Shown: positions 1-9,550 of the stretch, piece by piece
Layout of the letters: every line of letters begins with the position of its first letter
Numbering within the stretch: the first letter of the stretch is position 1
DNA from: a bacterium
GTDB taxonomy: Bacteria; UBA8248; JACPRG01; G963555815
DNA: 64,000 nt
Assembly (NCBI GenBank): GCA_965218795.1
Contig: OZ244653.1
Span: 2,688,001 to 2,752,000 of the forward strand
Direction of reading: 5' to 3'
Translations under genes and position numbers: made by a program
The notes under the pieces: model-generated
What the model saw: the letters and a program-made list of their open reading frames with translations, nothing else
What the model was told of the DNA's origin: nothing
Database searches by the model: none

Positions 1-5
1 ACGAG

Positions 6-1316
6 ATGATTGAGCGTCTAGGGGCCAATAGCGTTCCAAAGGACTTGCAAGTGAAGGTGGCCCAGGCATTGTTCAACGAGGCAGCTACGCGAAACCAACT
101 CGGCGATACTGAGACGGCAATTGTGACCTACGACGAGGTGATCGGGCGTTTTGGCGCCAGCGAAGTGCAAGAGCTTGAGGTGCTGGTCGCCAGGGCATTG
201 GTCGACAAGGGAATTACCCGCGAACAGCTTGGCGAATCCGGGGCAGCGATTGAGGGCTATGACGAGGTACTGGAACGCTTTGGCACCGACCGTGCGCCGG
301 AACTTCAGGTGGAAGTCGCGCGGGCCTTGTTCAATAAGGGAGTTGCGCAAGGGCAGCTTGGCAATCCCGAGACGGCGATTGCGATCTACGACGAGGTGAT
401 CGAGCGCTTTGGCACCGACCGTGCGCCGGAACTCCAGGTGGAAGTCGCGCGGGCCTTGTTCAATAAGGGAGTTGCGCAAAGGCAGCTTGGCAATCCCGAG
501 ACGGCGATAGTGGCCTTCGATGAGGTGGTTGGGCGCTTTGGAGCCAGCGAAGAGCTAGCGCTCCAGATGCCAGTCGCCAGAGCGCTGTGCAACAAGGGAA
601 CTACGCTAGAACAGCTCGGCAACTCCGAGGCGGCGATAGTGGCCTACGACGAGGCGGTCGGACGCTTTGGCAGCAGCGAAGCGCCAGAGCTCTGGGTGGA
701 GGTTGCCCGTGTGCTGTTCAACAAGGGATATGCACAAGCGCAGCGCGGCGATTCCGAGGCGGCGATTACGGCCTATGACGCGGCGATCGAGCGTTTTGGA
801 TCCAACGACACGCCAGACCTCCAGCTACCGGTTGCTATGGCGCTGTTCGGCAAGGGTGTGACACAAACCGAACTCGGTCTTGAGAAAGAAGCGTTGCGCA
901 CATGCGAAGAACTTGAACGAAGGCTCGGCGCCATGACCGGCAATGCCAAGGTGGAGTTTGCGTGGCGAGCAATGTACGTGCGCGCAGTGGCACTGATGGC
1001 CCAGAAACAACATCGGGCCGCCATGGACGCGCTCCGCGCCGCGTATTCGGCGTTCCTACCCGGCAACGAGGTGACCATGCACGAGATGCTACGGCTTGTG
1101 CCGGAATTGATCGCAACCTGCGCACCGGAGCAGAAGATTATCGAGATCCTGTCGAGCGACAGCAAGAAATCCGACATGCTGGCACCGCTGATCGTCGCTC
1201 TGCGCCAGCGCGGTGGCGAGACGGTTCGGGCTCCTGCGGAAGTGCTTGAGGTGGCTGCGGATATCCGGAAACGTATCGAGGAAAAAGCGGCGAAGGGTGT
1301 TTCCACGGCTTCTTGA
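6..1316 (+). CDS. Tetratricopeptide-repeat protein (5' end probably outside window)
   Basis: About 7 tandem 43-aa helical repeats (VARALFNKG..Q..LG..E.AI..YDEVI.RFG). Two units are near-identical at DNA level with a 129-bp period (281 vs 410). Confidence 0.85.
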   Translation: MIERLGANSVPKDLQVKVAQALFNEAATRNQLGDTETAIVTYDEVIGRFGASEVQELEVLVARALVDKGITREQLGESGAAIEGYDEVLERFGTDRAPELQVEVARALFNKGVAQGQLGNPETAIAIYDEVIERFGTDRAPELQVEVARALFNKGVAQRQLGNPETAIVAFDEVVGRFGASEELALQMPVARALCNKGTTLEQLGNSEAAIVAYDEAVGRFGSSEAPELWVEVARVLFNKGYAQAQRGDSEAAITAYDAAIERFGSNDTPDLQLPVAMALFGKGVTQTELGLEKEALRTCEELERRLGAMTGNAKVEFAWRAMYVRAVALMAQKQHRAAMDALRAAYSAFLPGNEVTMHEMLRLVPELIATCAPEQKIIEILSSDSKKSDMLAPLIVALRQRGGETVRAPAEVLEVAADIRKRIEEKAAKGVSTAS

Positions 1317-2169
1317 TCGCCACGGAAGACCTTGAGTTGACCCGCTTTGGGTGGACACTTAGATTCATCGAGCCGTTTTCATCGGCCGTGGAATCCTACT
1401 ATCATATTGATATTATTGGGAAATATACATTATTCCCAATCTCATTCGGAACCTGTCTTCTAGGGATTTTCTTTTCCAGCACAAAACCCTGTTTATGTCC
1501 AGGTACCGTATAGGCACCGTTTTATTTCCGAGCCGTGCGCATCCCTGCGCACGCCGGAACGAGCCTTCGTCGCGAGTGACGGTTTGGTCGGCGATCGGAA
1601 ATCGCGTGAGCAAGGCCCGCATCCAGCACAACTGTCAAGCGACACCTACCGCCGGTTCCTGTTCTGATTGCGGTTCATGCCTCGGCAGGCGGAATCGCCT
1701 CGACTTGACCCATGAATCGAATTTGCCGATCAAGCCACTCACCCTGGCCGCTTCTCGCGATCTCGGATAGCCGCAAGCACCTCGTCGACGTCAATGCCCC
1801 GCAAAAGACTACGTCCTTCCTCGAACGCAGGGTCAATCGCCCGCCGCATCAAAATCCTCCCATCGACCTCTCTGCCCTCCACCAAGAGACCTCCCAAACA
1901 GAGCCATCACCGTCGCCTGACGCACTCAAGTGTCTTTCCACTTCAGGCGGCGGCACACGGAGATCCTCGTTTCCTGCCCTTACCGCTCGCCGCGCTGCCT
2001 TCCGAAAAGACCCCACCTCCACGACATGCTCCCTGACCCTCCAGGTCTCCACATCCTGCTTCGTGACGACCTTTGCGATGTCCTCCATAGTTGCCGACTT
2101 GTAAGGTACTCGTGAGACGCAGAGCTGTAGCAGGGGTACCACTTCCGCTGGTACAAAAAAGCCGTGCAG

Positions 2170-2412
2170 GCCAATCGGCGAACACCTCGCGGTAAATAGT
2201 TCCGATTCGCGCTGCCTCGTCATCGGTCAGCGCGGCGAATTCCTTTTCCCGGCCTCGGCAGGTTAGTTTACCGCCATTGCGGTGCAGGAACCGGAACAGA
2301 AGGTCGGACAACCTCTCCGGCATGTCGACCACCAGGTTCAGCTCCCTGCGAAACGCATCGTAGCGCTTCAGGAAGGAGACTTCTCCCGGCAGGTCGTGCT
2401 CGACGGTCCGTT
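2170..2412 (-). pseudogene. C-terminal remnant of a Fic-family protein
   Basis: RTVEHDLPGEVSFLKRYDAFRRELNLVVDMPERLSDLLFRFLHRNGGKL..REKEFAALTDDE resembles the conserved C-terminus of long Fic proteins. No N-terminal part or HPFxDGNGR motif is present. Confidence 0.65.
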
Positions 2413-2539
2413 CTCATTATCATGAGCGCCTCGTGCATACCGGGACAAACTCCTCGGAATCCCTTGTTGGACCTCAGAGTGACCAGCGCCCGATCCAGAA
2501 CGTCCCGCGTAAAAATATGTCAGTTCTTAAGTTTATGTA

Positions 2540-2575
2540 TTGACAATGTCAGCATATAGAGATATTATACTGACA
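2540..2575 (+). promoter_or_regulatory. Sigma70 promoter with overlapping palindromic operator
   Basis: TTGACA (2540-2545), 17 bp, TATTAT (2563-2568). Inverted repeat TGTCAGCATA..TATACTGACA (2547-2575). RBS AGGAGG precedes ATG 2588. Confidence 0.8.
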
Positions 2576-2587
2576 CAGGAGGTTGCG

Positions 2588-3163
2588 ATGACGGATGGAC
2601 CGTTCAGAAACGCTACGCTGAGCAGCCGATGGAAGCAGTACGGCAAAGATCTCGTGAGCGACGCTGCAAGCTCGGAAGAGCGCGCCGCCCAGGCGTGCCA
2701 CAGCATGCTCGGCGACGTAGACATGAAAGCGTTTGGTTCGCTCTTGAACGTACTCAAAGCGCATGCTCAGAGGCCCCAGATGGATATGGACCCGATTTCC
2801 TCAGTCGAGGCCATTTTCGACGGCCACGCGAGACCGATTCTAACTGAAACCCTCCAGAAGCACCTAATCGCCAACCTCCGAGATCGGGTTCCTGGCGAGA
2901 AAGCACTGGATCAGGCGCTATCGAGAACTGTTACGGACTGGATCGACATCACCAAGAACCGACTCGATGAGCAGTGCATCCGCGCTCGTGACCTCGGCGA
3001 AATGAGCGATGAGAACTGTCGCAAAGGAATCGAGCGCAACCACGAAGCCTTTGACGCCATAAGACCAAATGAACTCTGCGACACCCTGGTCTCCGGCAAC
3101 GGGCGCGCCTTCAAGCAAGTCACTAGAATGAAAGTGGGCGTGGATGAGGGCCCCGACGAATGA
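2588..3163 (+). CDS. Hypothetical helical protein, first gene of QueC-like operon (QatB-like position)
   Basis: Strong RBS then ATG 2588 (MTDGPFRN...). Stop overlaps next start (ATGA at 3160). Confidence 0.75.
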   Translation: MTDGPFRNATLSSRWKQYGKDLVSDAASSEERAAQACHSMLGDVDMKAFGSLLNVLKAHAQRPQMDMDPISSVEAIFDGHARPILTETLQKHLIANLRDRVPGEKALDQALSRTVTDWIDITKNRLDEQCIRARDLGEMSDENCRKGIERNHEAFDAIRPNELCDTLVSGNGRAFKQVTRMKVGVDEGPDE

Positions 3164-4548
3164 GCACCGAGCTGAATGGTTCACAAACGAAAGCCAAGCG
3201 TCTGCACGTCATTGAGAAAGGCCAAATGCCCGACTGTACCTGCCCGAAAGATGCGGTGACGGCTATGGTTAGCCGAGAAATCACCTTCAACGCGACTGTT
3301 CTTGATACCTTCGATGTAAAGGGTTTTCAGCCCGTGCACTACGACCTGTTGGTGTTGTGCGCGGCCATGGAGTTTGCCGACCGCCGCTGGAAGCGCCCAC
3401 GGGGCTGGAATCGCAACCTGCACGTTACGGTTCCGGTCATTGACCTTGAGACCTGGCAAAATCGCGAAGTGCTGGAGAGCTTCCATAACGTGCAACGTCA
3501 CCTTACGTGTGATGATTGGAAATGGACTTTCGTGCAGGCGAAAAACCCATCTCCGATTGGCGAGCGCCAAGGCGCTCTAAACTTCCCGAACACTAAGACC
3601 TTCGCTATCGCCTATAGTGATGGATTGGACTCGCGTGCAGTCGCTGCTTTGAGTGGGGATAGGGATGAAGCCCTTTGCATCCGGCTCACAAAATTTCGCC
3701 AACGTCGGAAGACCGGCGACAGTTACTTTTCTCAGATCCCATTCAAAGTTCATGGACACCCGAGCAACGAGAGTAGTTTCCGGTCTCGTGGGTTTCAGTT
3801 TGCGGCAGTGACGGCGATTGCCGCTCACTTGTCGAATGTAACCCGGATCACGGTTCCGGAGAGCGGTCAGAGCGCTCTAGGCCCAGTGCTGCTGCCTCTT
3901 CACAATATCTACCCTGATTACCGCAACTACCCGACGTTCTTCCGGAAGATGGAGCGGTTCATCAAGGCGCTGTTGCGCCATCAGGTCCACTACGAACAAC
4001 CACGCCTATGGTACACGAAAGGCCAGACGATACAGGCATTTCTGGACCTTCCCGGTAAGCGCGAACACGACCTCACCAGCACGCGATCCTGCTGGCAAAA
4101 CCGCCGAATCGTGAACAGCGGGGGCAGCAAGAAGCATTGCGGCCTATGTGCAGCCTGCCTGCTCAGACGCCAGAGTCTGCACGCAGCCGCCGTCACTGAG
4201 ATGCCAGCCACCTACGTGGTTTCAGATCTGAGTACTTCGGATGTGACCAAGGCCTTATCCATCATCCCGCAGACTGCCGACCGGGACATTATGGTCGAGT
4301 ATGGCAGCGTCGGTGCGCGGCATTTGCAACATCTCGCCGATATGGCAATTCTACCAGATGACGATCTCCGTGGGCATGTATGGGAAATCGCGGCAGCAAC
4401 CGGTGCGACCTTTCAAGAAACCCTGAAGAACCTGAGAACTCTACTGGCGAAGCATGCGGAAGAATGGCGGGCATTTTTATCTGCCCAAGGAGAACAAAGC
4501 TTCTTGAAGAGCTGGATGGATGGAGGACGTTATGGCCGATCTGAATGA
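3160..4548 (+). CDS. QatC-like / 7-cyano-7-deazaguanine synthase (QueC)-family PP-loop protein
   Basis: PP-loop variant YSDGLDS, ESSFRSRGFQF, YTKGQ, Zn site SCW...HCGLCAACLLRR, and N-terminal DLL..AA.E.ADR...W.R.L.V.VPV extension typical of defence-type QueC proteins. 462 aa, about twice housekeeping QueC. Confidence 0.85.
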   Translation: MSTELNGSQTKAKRLHVIEKGQMPDCTCPKDAVTAMVSREITFNATVLDTFDVKGFQPVHYDLLVLCAAMEFADRRWKRPRGWNRNLHVTVPVIDLETWQNREVLESFHNVQRHLTCDDWKWTFVQAKNPSPIGERQGALNFPNTKTFAIAYSDGLDSRAVAALSGDRDEALCIRLTKFRQRRKTGDSYFSQIPFKVHGHPSNESSFRSRGFQFAAVTAIAAHLSNVTRITVPESGQSALGPVLLPLHNIYPDYRNYPTFFRKMERFIKALLRHQVHYEQPRLWYTKGQTIQAFLDLPGKREHDLTSTRSCWQNRRIVNSGGSKKHCGLCAACLLRRQSLHAAAVTEMPATYVVSDLSTSDVTKALSIIPQTADRDIMVEYGSVGARHLQHLADMAILPDDDLRGHVWEIAAATGATFQETLKNLRTLLAKHAEEWRAFLSAQGEQSFLKSWMDGGRYGRSE

Positions 4549-5722
4549 GTTGAGTGCACAGGAAATCGGCCGACGCCTTCGGCTGGCGCGCGAGAACGCG
4601 GGCATACGACAGGATGATGCAGCCCAGTTCATTGACATGTCACGCCCGACCCTGGTCTCGATTGAGAAAGGGGCGCGCAGTGTACGTATTCAGGAGCTCC
4701 AAGTGCTGGCCCGCCACTACGGCGTATCGGTGAACGCCCTCCTCCGCCGCGAGGCCGTTCATACGGATCTCGTGCCCCGCTTCCGGAGACTGCGGGAAAC
4801 GGAGGACAAGCATAAGGCTGAAGCCATTCAGCTTTTCAATGACCTGATCAAGGCGGACGTCGAGTTGGAAAATATGCTCGGCATCGAGCGGCGCCGGAAC
4901 TATCCGCCGGACCGCGGCATCAATGAGGGCAACGTTCTGACTTTGGCCGAGAATCATGCCCAAGAGTTGCGCGACTGGCTGGGTCTCGGTCCAGGACCGA
5001 TTGCCGACATATTCTCGATCATAGAGCTGGGTCTCGGCATTCGTCTTTATCAGCGCCGCCTATCATCCAAATCCAGAGTGGCGGGTTTGTTCACTTACGA
5101 TGATACCGTTGGCACCTGCATTCTTCTTAACGCCAACCATCCGCTGCCTCGGCGTATCCAGTCGGCCGCGCACGAACTCGGCCACTTCTACGGGACCCGC
5201 AACACTCCGGAGATACTTGAAGAGGACGAGAGATTTTTGTCTCGCGACGAGCGCTACGCCAACGCCTTTGGTCGCGCATTGTTGACACCCGCCGAGAGCT
5301 TCAAAGAAAGCTTCCGGCAATTGAAAGAGATCACTGGCAAGACCACCCGACGGCTGATCATTTTACTTTCCCAGCAATACAATATCTCCCGCCAGGCATG
5401 CGGACTACGTCTGGAGGAGCTTGGCATTACGAAAAAGGGGACGTGGGATTGGTTTGAGAAGAACGGCAGCATTACGGAGGATCACGTGCGGGAGGTGCTT
5501 GGCGAGATGGCCAATCGACCTGACCCTGCCAAGACCGACGCCGACCGTCCGATTTCCCACCGGATGAGCCTGATGGTCCATGCCGCCTGGAAACGTGACC
5601 TCATGTCGGAAGGCCAACTGACGGAACTGCTCAAGGTTGGTCGCGTCGAACTTCGGAATATCATCGACCAGATCGAGCTTGAGGATAGCGAGACGGATGA
5701 CCTACTCAAGCTCCCTGGCTGA
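4532..5722 (+). CDS. XRE-family HTH fused to ImmA/IrrE (M78) metallopeptidase
   Basis: N-terminal IGRRLRLARENAGIRQDDAA..SRPTLVSIEKG HTH, HExxH motif AAHELGH, then ERYANAFG. RBS GGAGG before ATG 4532, which overlaps the QueC stop. Confidence 0.9.
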   Translation: MADLNELSAQEIGRRLRLARENAGIRQDDAAQFIDMSRPTLVSIEKGARSVRIQELQVLARHYGVSVNALLRREAVHTDLVPRFRRLRETEDKHKAEAIQLFNDLIKADVELENMLGIERRRNYPPDRGINEGNVLTLAENHAQELRDWLGLGPGPIADIFSIIELGLGIRLYQRRLSSKSRVAGLFTYDDTVGTCILLNANHPLPRRIQSAAHELGHFYGTRNTPEILEEDERFLSRDERYANAFGRALLTPAESFKESFRQLKEITGKTTRRLIILLSQQYNISRQACGLRLEELGITKKGTWDWFEKNGSITEDHVREVLGEMANRPDPAKTDADRPISHRMSLMVHAAWKRDLMSEGQLTELLKVGRVELRNIIDQIELEDSETDDLLKLPG

Positions 5723-6401
5723 TGACCTTAGACCGCTGGTTCTCGATACGAGTGTTCTGATCAACCTCTACGCCTGCAGCTACGGCGAGCGCATTCTAAC
5801 GGCCATTCCCAACGACATCATCGTTCCGCAGGTCGTAGCCGCGGAGCTCGAACACGAAACGAGTCGCAAGAAGGGCGAACACGGTTTTTTGCATGGCCTA
5901 ATAGCCGGAGGAAAGGTGACGCTCGGCGAAATGTCCGACGAGGAGAATGCACTCTTCGCCAATCTCACTTCCGGCCCCCAATCCCTCGACGATGGCGAAG
6001 CCGCGACGATTGCGATTGGGGCCAAACGACAGCTCCTTCCGCTCATAGACGATCGAAAGGGGCGAGCACAGGCCATTCAAGTCCTGCGTGGGCGAGAACC
6101 GGGCTGGTCCATCGACCTGTTTCGCCATGCCCCTGTAACTTCTGCCTTGGGGAACACTGCTGCTATCGAAGCTCTGTATCAGGCGCTTCTCAATGGGAGA
6201 ATGCGCGTCCCCGTCGAAAGCACCGAGTACATTATTGATCTCCTCGGCAGCGAGCGGGCAAGAGACTGTACCTGCCTCCCGGATTATCGGAAACTCTTCG
6301 GGCAATCCATGAACCGACATTCGGTAGAGAAACAAGAAGAACACCAGATAATTTATGGATCTAAATCAGGCACAGGCCGGGGGGAAGGTCGGTCTGTTTA
6401 G
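5697..6401 (+). CDS. PIN-domain nuclease (DUF3368-like)
   Basis: VLDTSVLINL, V.AELE, LDDGEAATIA, LIDDRKGR acidic PIN motifs. Start overlaps the upstream gene. Confidence 0.85.
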   Translation: MTYSSSLADDLRPLVLDTSVLINLYACSYGERILTAIPNDIIVPQVVAAELEHETSRKKGEHGFLHGLIAGGKVTLGEMSDEENALFANLTSGPQSLDDGEAATIAIGAKRQLLPLIDDRKGRAQAIQVLRGREPGWSIDLFRHAPVTSALGNTAAIEALYQALLNGRMRVPVESTEYIIDLLGSERARDCTCLPDYRKLFGQSMNRHSVEKQEEHQIIYGSKSGTGRGEGRSV

Positions 6402-6639
6402 TCTAAGCAGCTATTCTTGGGTTGTCACACAGATGGCGATTGGCTTGCATTTGGTTGAGTTCATGGCCAGTGGTGTGATTATTTGCCCGTGTGTAAGGAG
6501 TCCAGCTAAGCTGCGGGAGAATACTCTACGCCGATACGAGCATAGAGTGAACCCGCTAAAGGGAGCCATACGACTGATGAACCCGACCCAGGAAATCAAC
6601 ATCGTTAAAGTCTTGCAACGGACACTTGACGAGGTGCTC

Positions 6640-6965
6640 CGGCTTGCGGCGTGCAACAAAGCGGAAATCTTTGAAACCCTGATTGAGGCCGGAGCGAATG
6701 TGAAGGGCGTCCTATTCTCGCGACGAATCCGGCGGCCATTGAAGCCCTGAGCAACGCAGGGGACAAGGTGGACGCGACGGACCACGGCGGAAACACCCCC
6801 CTGCACTATGCGGCGAAGAATGGACGAACCTCCGCCACCATCGAAGCCCTGCTCAAGGCCGGGGCGGATGTGGACGCGAGACAAAACGGCGGAAAGACCC
6901 CGCTTCACTTCGCGCGAGATTCCAAAGTCAAAGAGATTCTGAAAGCGCACAGGGCGCGCGAATGA
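6640..6965 (+). pseudogene. Ankyrin-repeat protein, 5'-truncated and frameshifted
   Basis: LIEAGANVKG in one frame. GNTPLHYAA and GKTPLHFA in another frame ending EILKAHRARE. Confidence 0.75.
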
Positions 6966-7726
6966 CCGGAGGGCGGACCATGACCCGATGCTTAATGCTC
7001 ACGGCGGTGCTGCTCTTGAGTGCATGGCCCCTGCTGGCAGGGGCGGGCGAATTACACGAAGCGGCGAAAGCCGGCAACGTGGAACGCATCGAAGTCTTGC
7101 TCAAAGCCGGGGCGGACGTGAACGAGAGAGAGGATAGGTTCGGATATACCCCACTTCATTGGGCGGCGGCCAAGGGGCATATGGAAGCGGTCGAGATCTT
7201 GCTCAAGGCCGGGGCGAAGGTGAACGCAAGAAAGCGCAGGCAATGGAAAGCATCGACCACCAGACTTAAGATGAGGGCCATACTATTCGATGCGGTAAAC
7301 GACTATTCCACCCCCCTGCACCTTGCGGCGGGAGCCGGACACGCGGCCGCCATCAAGGTCCTGCTCCAAACCGGCGGACACCCCAACGTGAAGGACAGGA
7401 ACGGGGACACCCCACTTCACGACGCGGCGCGCATGGGACGCACGGCGGCCGTCAAAGTCCTGCTCCGGGGCGGTGCGAACATAGACGGGAGGGCCAAGAA
7501 CGGAGAAACCCCACTTCACAATGCAGTATTCAAATTCAATGTTAAGCCCGAAGACATCGAAGTCATCAAGACCCTGCTCAAAGGCGGAGCCGACCCTAAC
7601 GCGAAAGCAAAGAATGGGGACACTCCACTTCACAAAGTACGGGTAAGGACGAACTCAACCGAGGGAAGCATCAAGCCGTTCCTGGAAGTGATCGAGATAT
7701 TGAAGGCGCACGGAGCCCGCGAGTGA
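6962..7726 (+). CDS. Secreted ankyrin-repeat protein
   Basis: Signal-peptide-like N-terminus, about 6 ankyrin repeats (GYTPLHWAA, STPLHLAA, GDTPLHDAA, GETPLHNAV). Confidence 0.93.
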   Translation: MTGGRTMTRCLMLTAVLLLSAWPLLAGAGELHEAAKAGNVERIEVLLKAGADVNEREDRFGYTPLHWAAAKGHMEAVEILLKAGAKVNARKRRQWKASTTRLKMRAILFDAVNDYSTPLHLAAGAGHAAAIKVLLQTGGHPNVKDRNGDTPLHDAARMGRTAAVKVLLRGGANIDGRAKNGETPLHNAVFKFNVKPEDIEVIKTLLKGGADPNAKAKNGDTPLHKVRVRTNSTEGSIKPFLEVIEILKAHGARE

Positions 7727-7865
7727 TGAGAGAACCGTGCCGCCCCTTCGATGAATGGATTGCGGCCCTCCCCGACCTTCGGCCAAAGGGACGGGAGCGC
7801 GTCAATCCCTGCCCGTTGTGCGGCGGCAATGATATAACTTTAATGTTATCAATAAGTTGCTGGCC

Positions 7866-8717
7866 ATGAACCGACCCTTCTTGATGTATTGCGCGGGAAT
7901 CGTCTTTTTTCTGGCATTTTCGCTCGGCCTTGGTTCATATCGGCGGGGTTTCAGCGCTGAGACCAAGCCTTCCAAAACGGTTTCGGACCGTCCCCGGTTC
8001 GGCGCCGGATATGCCATGCAACTCATCCGGGAACAACTCAGGTTCGGCAGCAGAGCACTCGGTCGCCCCGGGCACGAAGCGGCCAAGGCGTTTCTTGAAG
8101 AAAAGCTGCGGGAGTTTGGCGATGGCGTCGTCCGCCAGCCATTCCGCTGGCAGGGTTACGACCTGACCAACTTCATTGCCTGGATTTGCAGGCAGCCCCC
8201 CTCTTCCTCCGAAAAAAATGCGCGGCTCGCAAAAGGCGGATCGCCCTGTTCCGGTGAAAGGGCGCCCGTGCTTCTCAGCACCCATTGGGATACGCATCCC
8301 TACGCCACCCGGGATCAGGACCGATCGCGGCGGCGGCTGCCCGTGCCGGGGGCCAACGACGGCGGTTCAGGCACAGCGATTCTCCTCGCGCTGGGCCGCG
8401 GGATGATGAAGGCGCGACCGTCGAGAGACATTATCATCGTATTGTTTGACGGAGAGGATTACGGAATCGGCGACGAATGGATTATCGGCTCCAGACATTT
8501 TGCGCGCAACCTGCCGGAGCCCCATCCGGCCTTTGGCATCAACCTTGACATGGTCGGGGACCGGAATCTCAACATTCACGTAGAAGGGGACTCGAAAAGA
8601 AGAGCGCCTCTCATAGCGGGCGCGGCCGAAAGCGGCCCGAAAAGGCCATCCTGGGGGAAAGAAAAATCTCCGGGGGATACCTTGCCAGCCGGCTTCAACT
8701 GCTCAAGGACGGCCTGA
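7866..8717 (+). pseudogene. M28 family peptidase / glutaminyl cyclase-like, C-terminally truncated near 8615
   Basis: STHWDT, PGANDGGSG, FDGEDYG, NLDMVGD motifs present. Sequence becomes unrelated after KRRAPLI and the C-terminal DDH metal ligand is missing. Confidence 0.75.
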
Positions 8718-8736
8718 TTTTGAAGGGGGTAGTGTC

Positions 8737-9357
8737 TCAGTTTGGGGGGATGTCCGCCATCACACGGTCGATGAGTTCCGTGAAGGCCGAGATGTCGTCG
8801 AGATAGTAACGCCATTTTTTCTCCTCAACATCTTCCCACGCATAACGTTTCTTCCATAAACGGGCCTTGTTGTCGAAGTCCTGGAAGAAGTTTATTAGAC
8901 TTGAACTGTCTGTTCGCTTAGGACGATCCTTCATGGATGCAAACGGATCATCTGGCTTGGGCGCAGTTTTTTCTTCGGTGATGACCGCCACCCATTTCAT
9001 GGGTTTCGCTTTAAAGATTTCATCAAATTCCGAATTAAGCTTTTTCCAGTCCTTTTCAGGGATGTCATCGTATAACATGGTCAGGTGGTGACGTTGCTTC
9101 GGAGGGATCTCGTTGCGCAAAAGAATCATCTTGAGCATTAACTCGAGGGCCGTCCCAAGATTGAAGTGCGAGACCTCCTTCATCGACGCCCACACATCGC
9201 GATGCATGCGCCATTCCATCCCAGGGACAGGGTCCTTGCTGTCTCTGCATAGATCATAGCGCCTGATTTCCGATTCGACATGCACAGCGGTGGTCTTGAA
9301 ATCATGGATCATGTTGTAGAGGTGGCGAAGTTCGGCGGCTTTCATGTTCGTTGGCAT
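8737..9357 (-). CDS. Hypothetical protein, HEPN-like
   Basis: RBS AAGGAGG before ATG 9357. ALELMLKMIL...HHLTMLY...RYAWE pattern resembles HEPN domains. Lower GC than flanks. Confidence 0.55.
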   Translation of the reverse strand: MPTNMKAAELRHLYNMIHDFKTTAVHVESEIRRYDLCRDSKDPVPGMEWRMHRDVWASMKEVSHFNLGTALELMLKMILLRNEIPPKQRHHLTMLYDDIPEKDWKKLNSEFDEIFKAKPMKWVAVITEEKTAPKPDDPFASMKDRPKRTDSSSLINFFQDFDNKARLWKKRYAWEDVEEKKWRYYLDDISAFTELIDRVMADIPPN

Positions 9358-9550
9358 CGCTCGCCTCCTTTCTGTCATCCTCAGTTTGGGGAGAAGATGG
9401 TGTAAAACTTATGGGCAAATCCCTTTGTTTCAAGTTGGCCGCCGGACCCGCTAACTCGATCCGCGGAGGCAGCGGGCTTGCCCATATGGCGCACGATTTC
9501 TGACGCGACATGTTGGATCATGCCAGTTCCGCGATCTGAAGACCGGCATC

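Noticed and set aside
1400-2150. ORFs between the TPR gene and the Fic remnant
   Set aside because: Short, stop-interrupted, no recognisable motifs. Probably degraded DNA.
3160-4548. Housekeeping queC for queuosine synthesis
   Set aside because: Twice the normal length, QatC-type N-terminal domain, and no queD/E/F neighbours.
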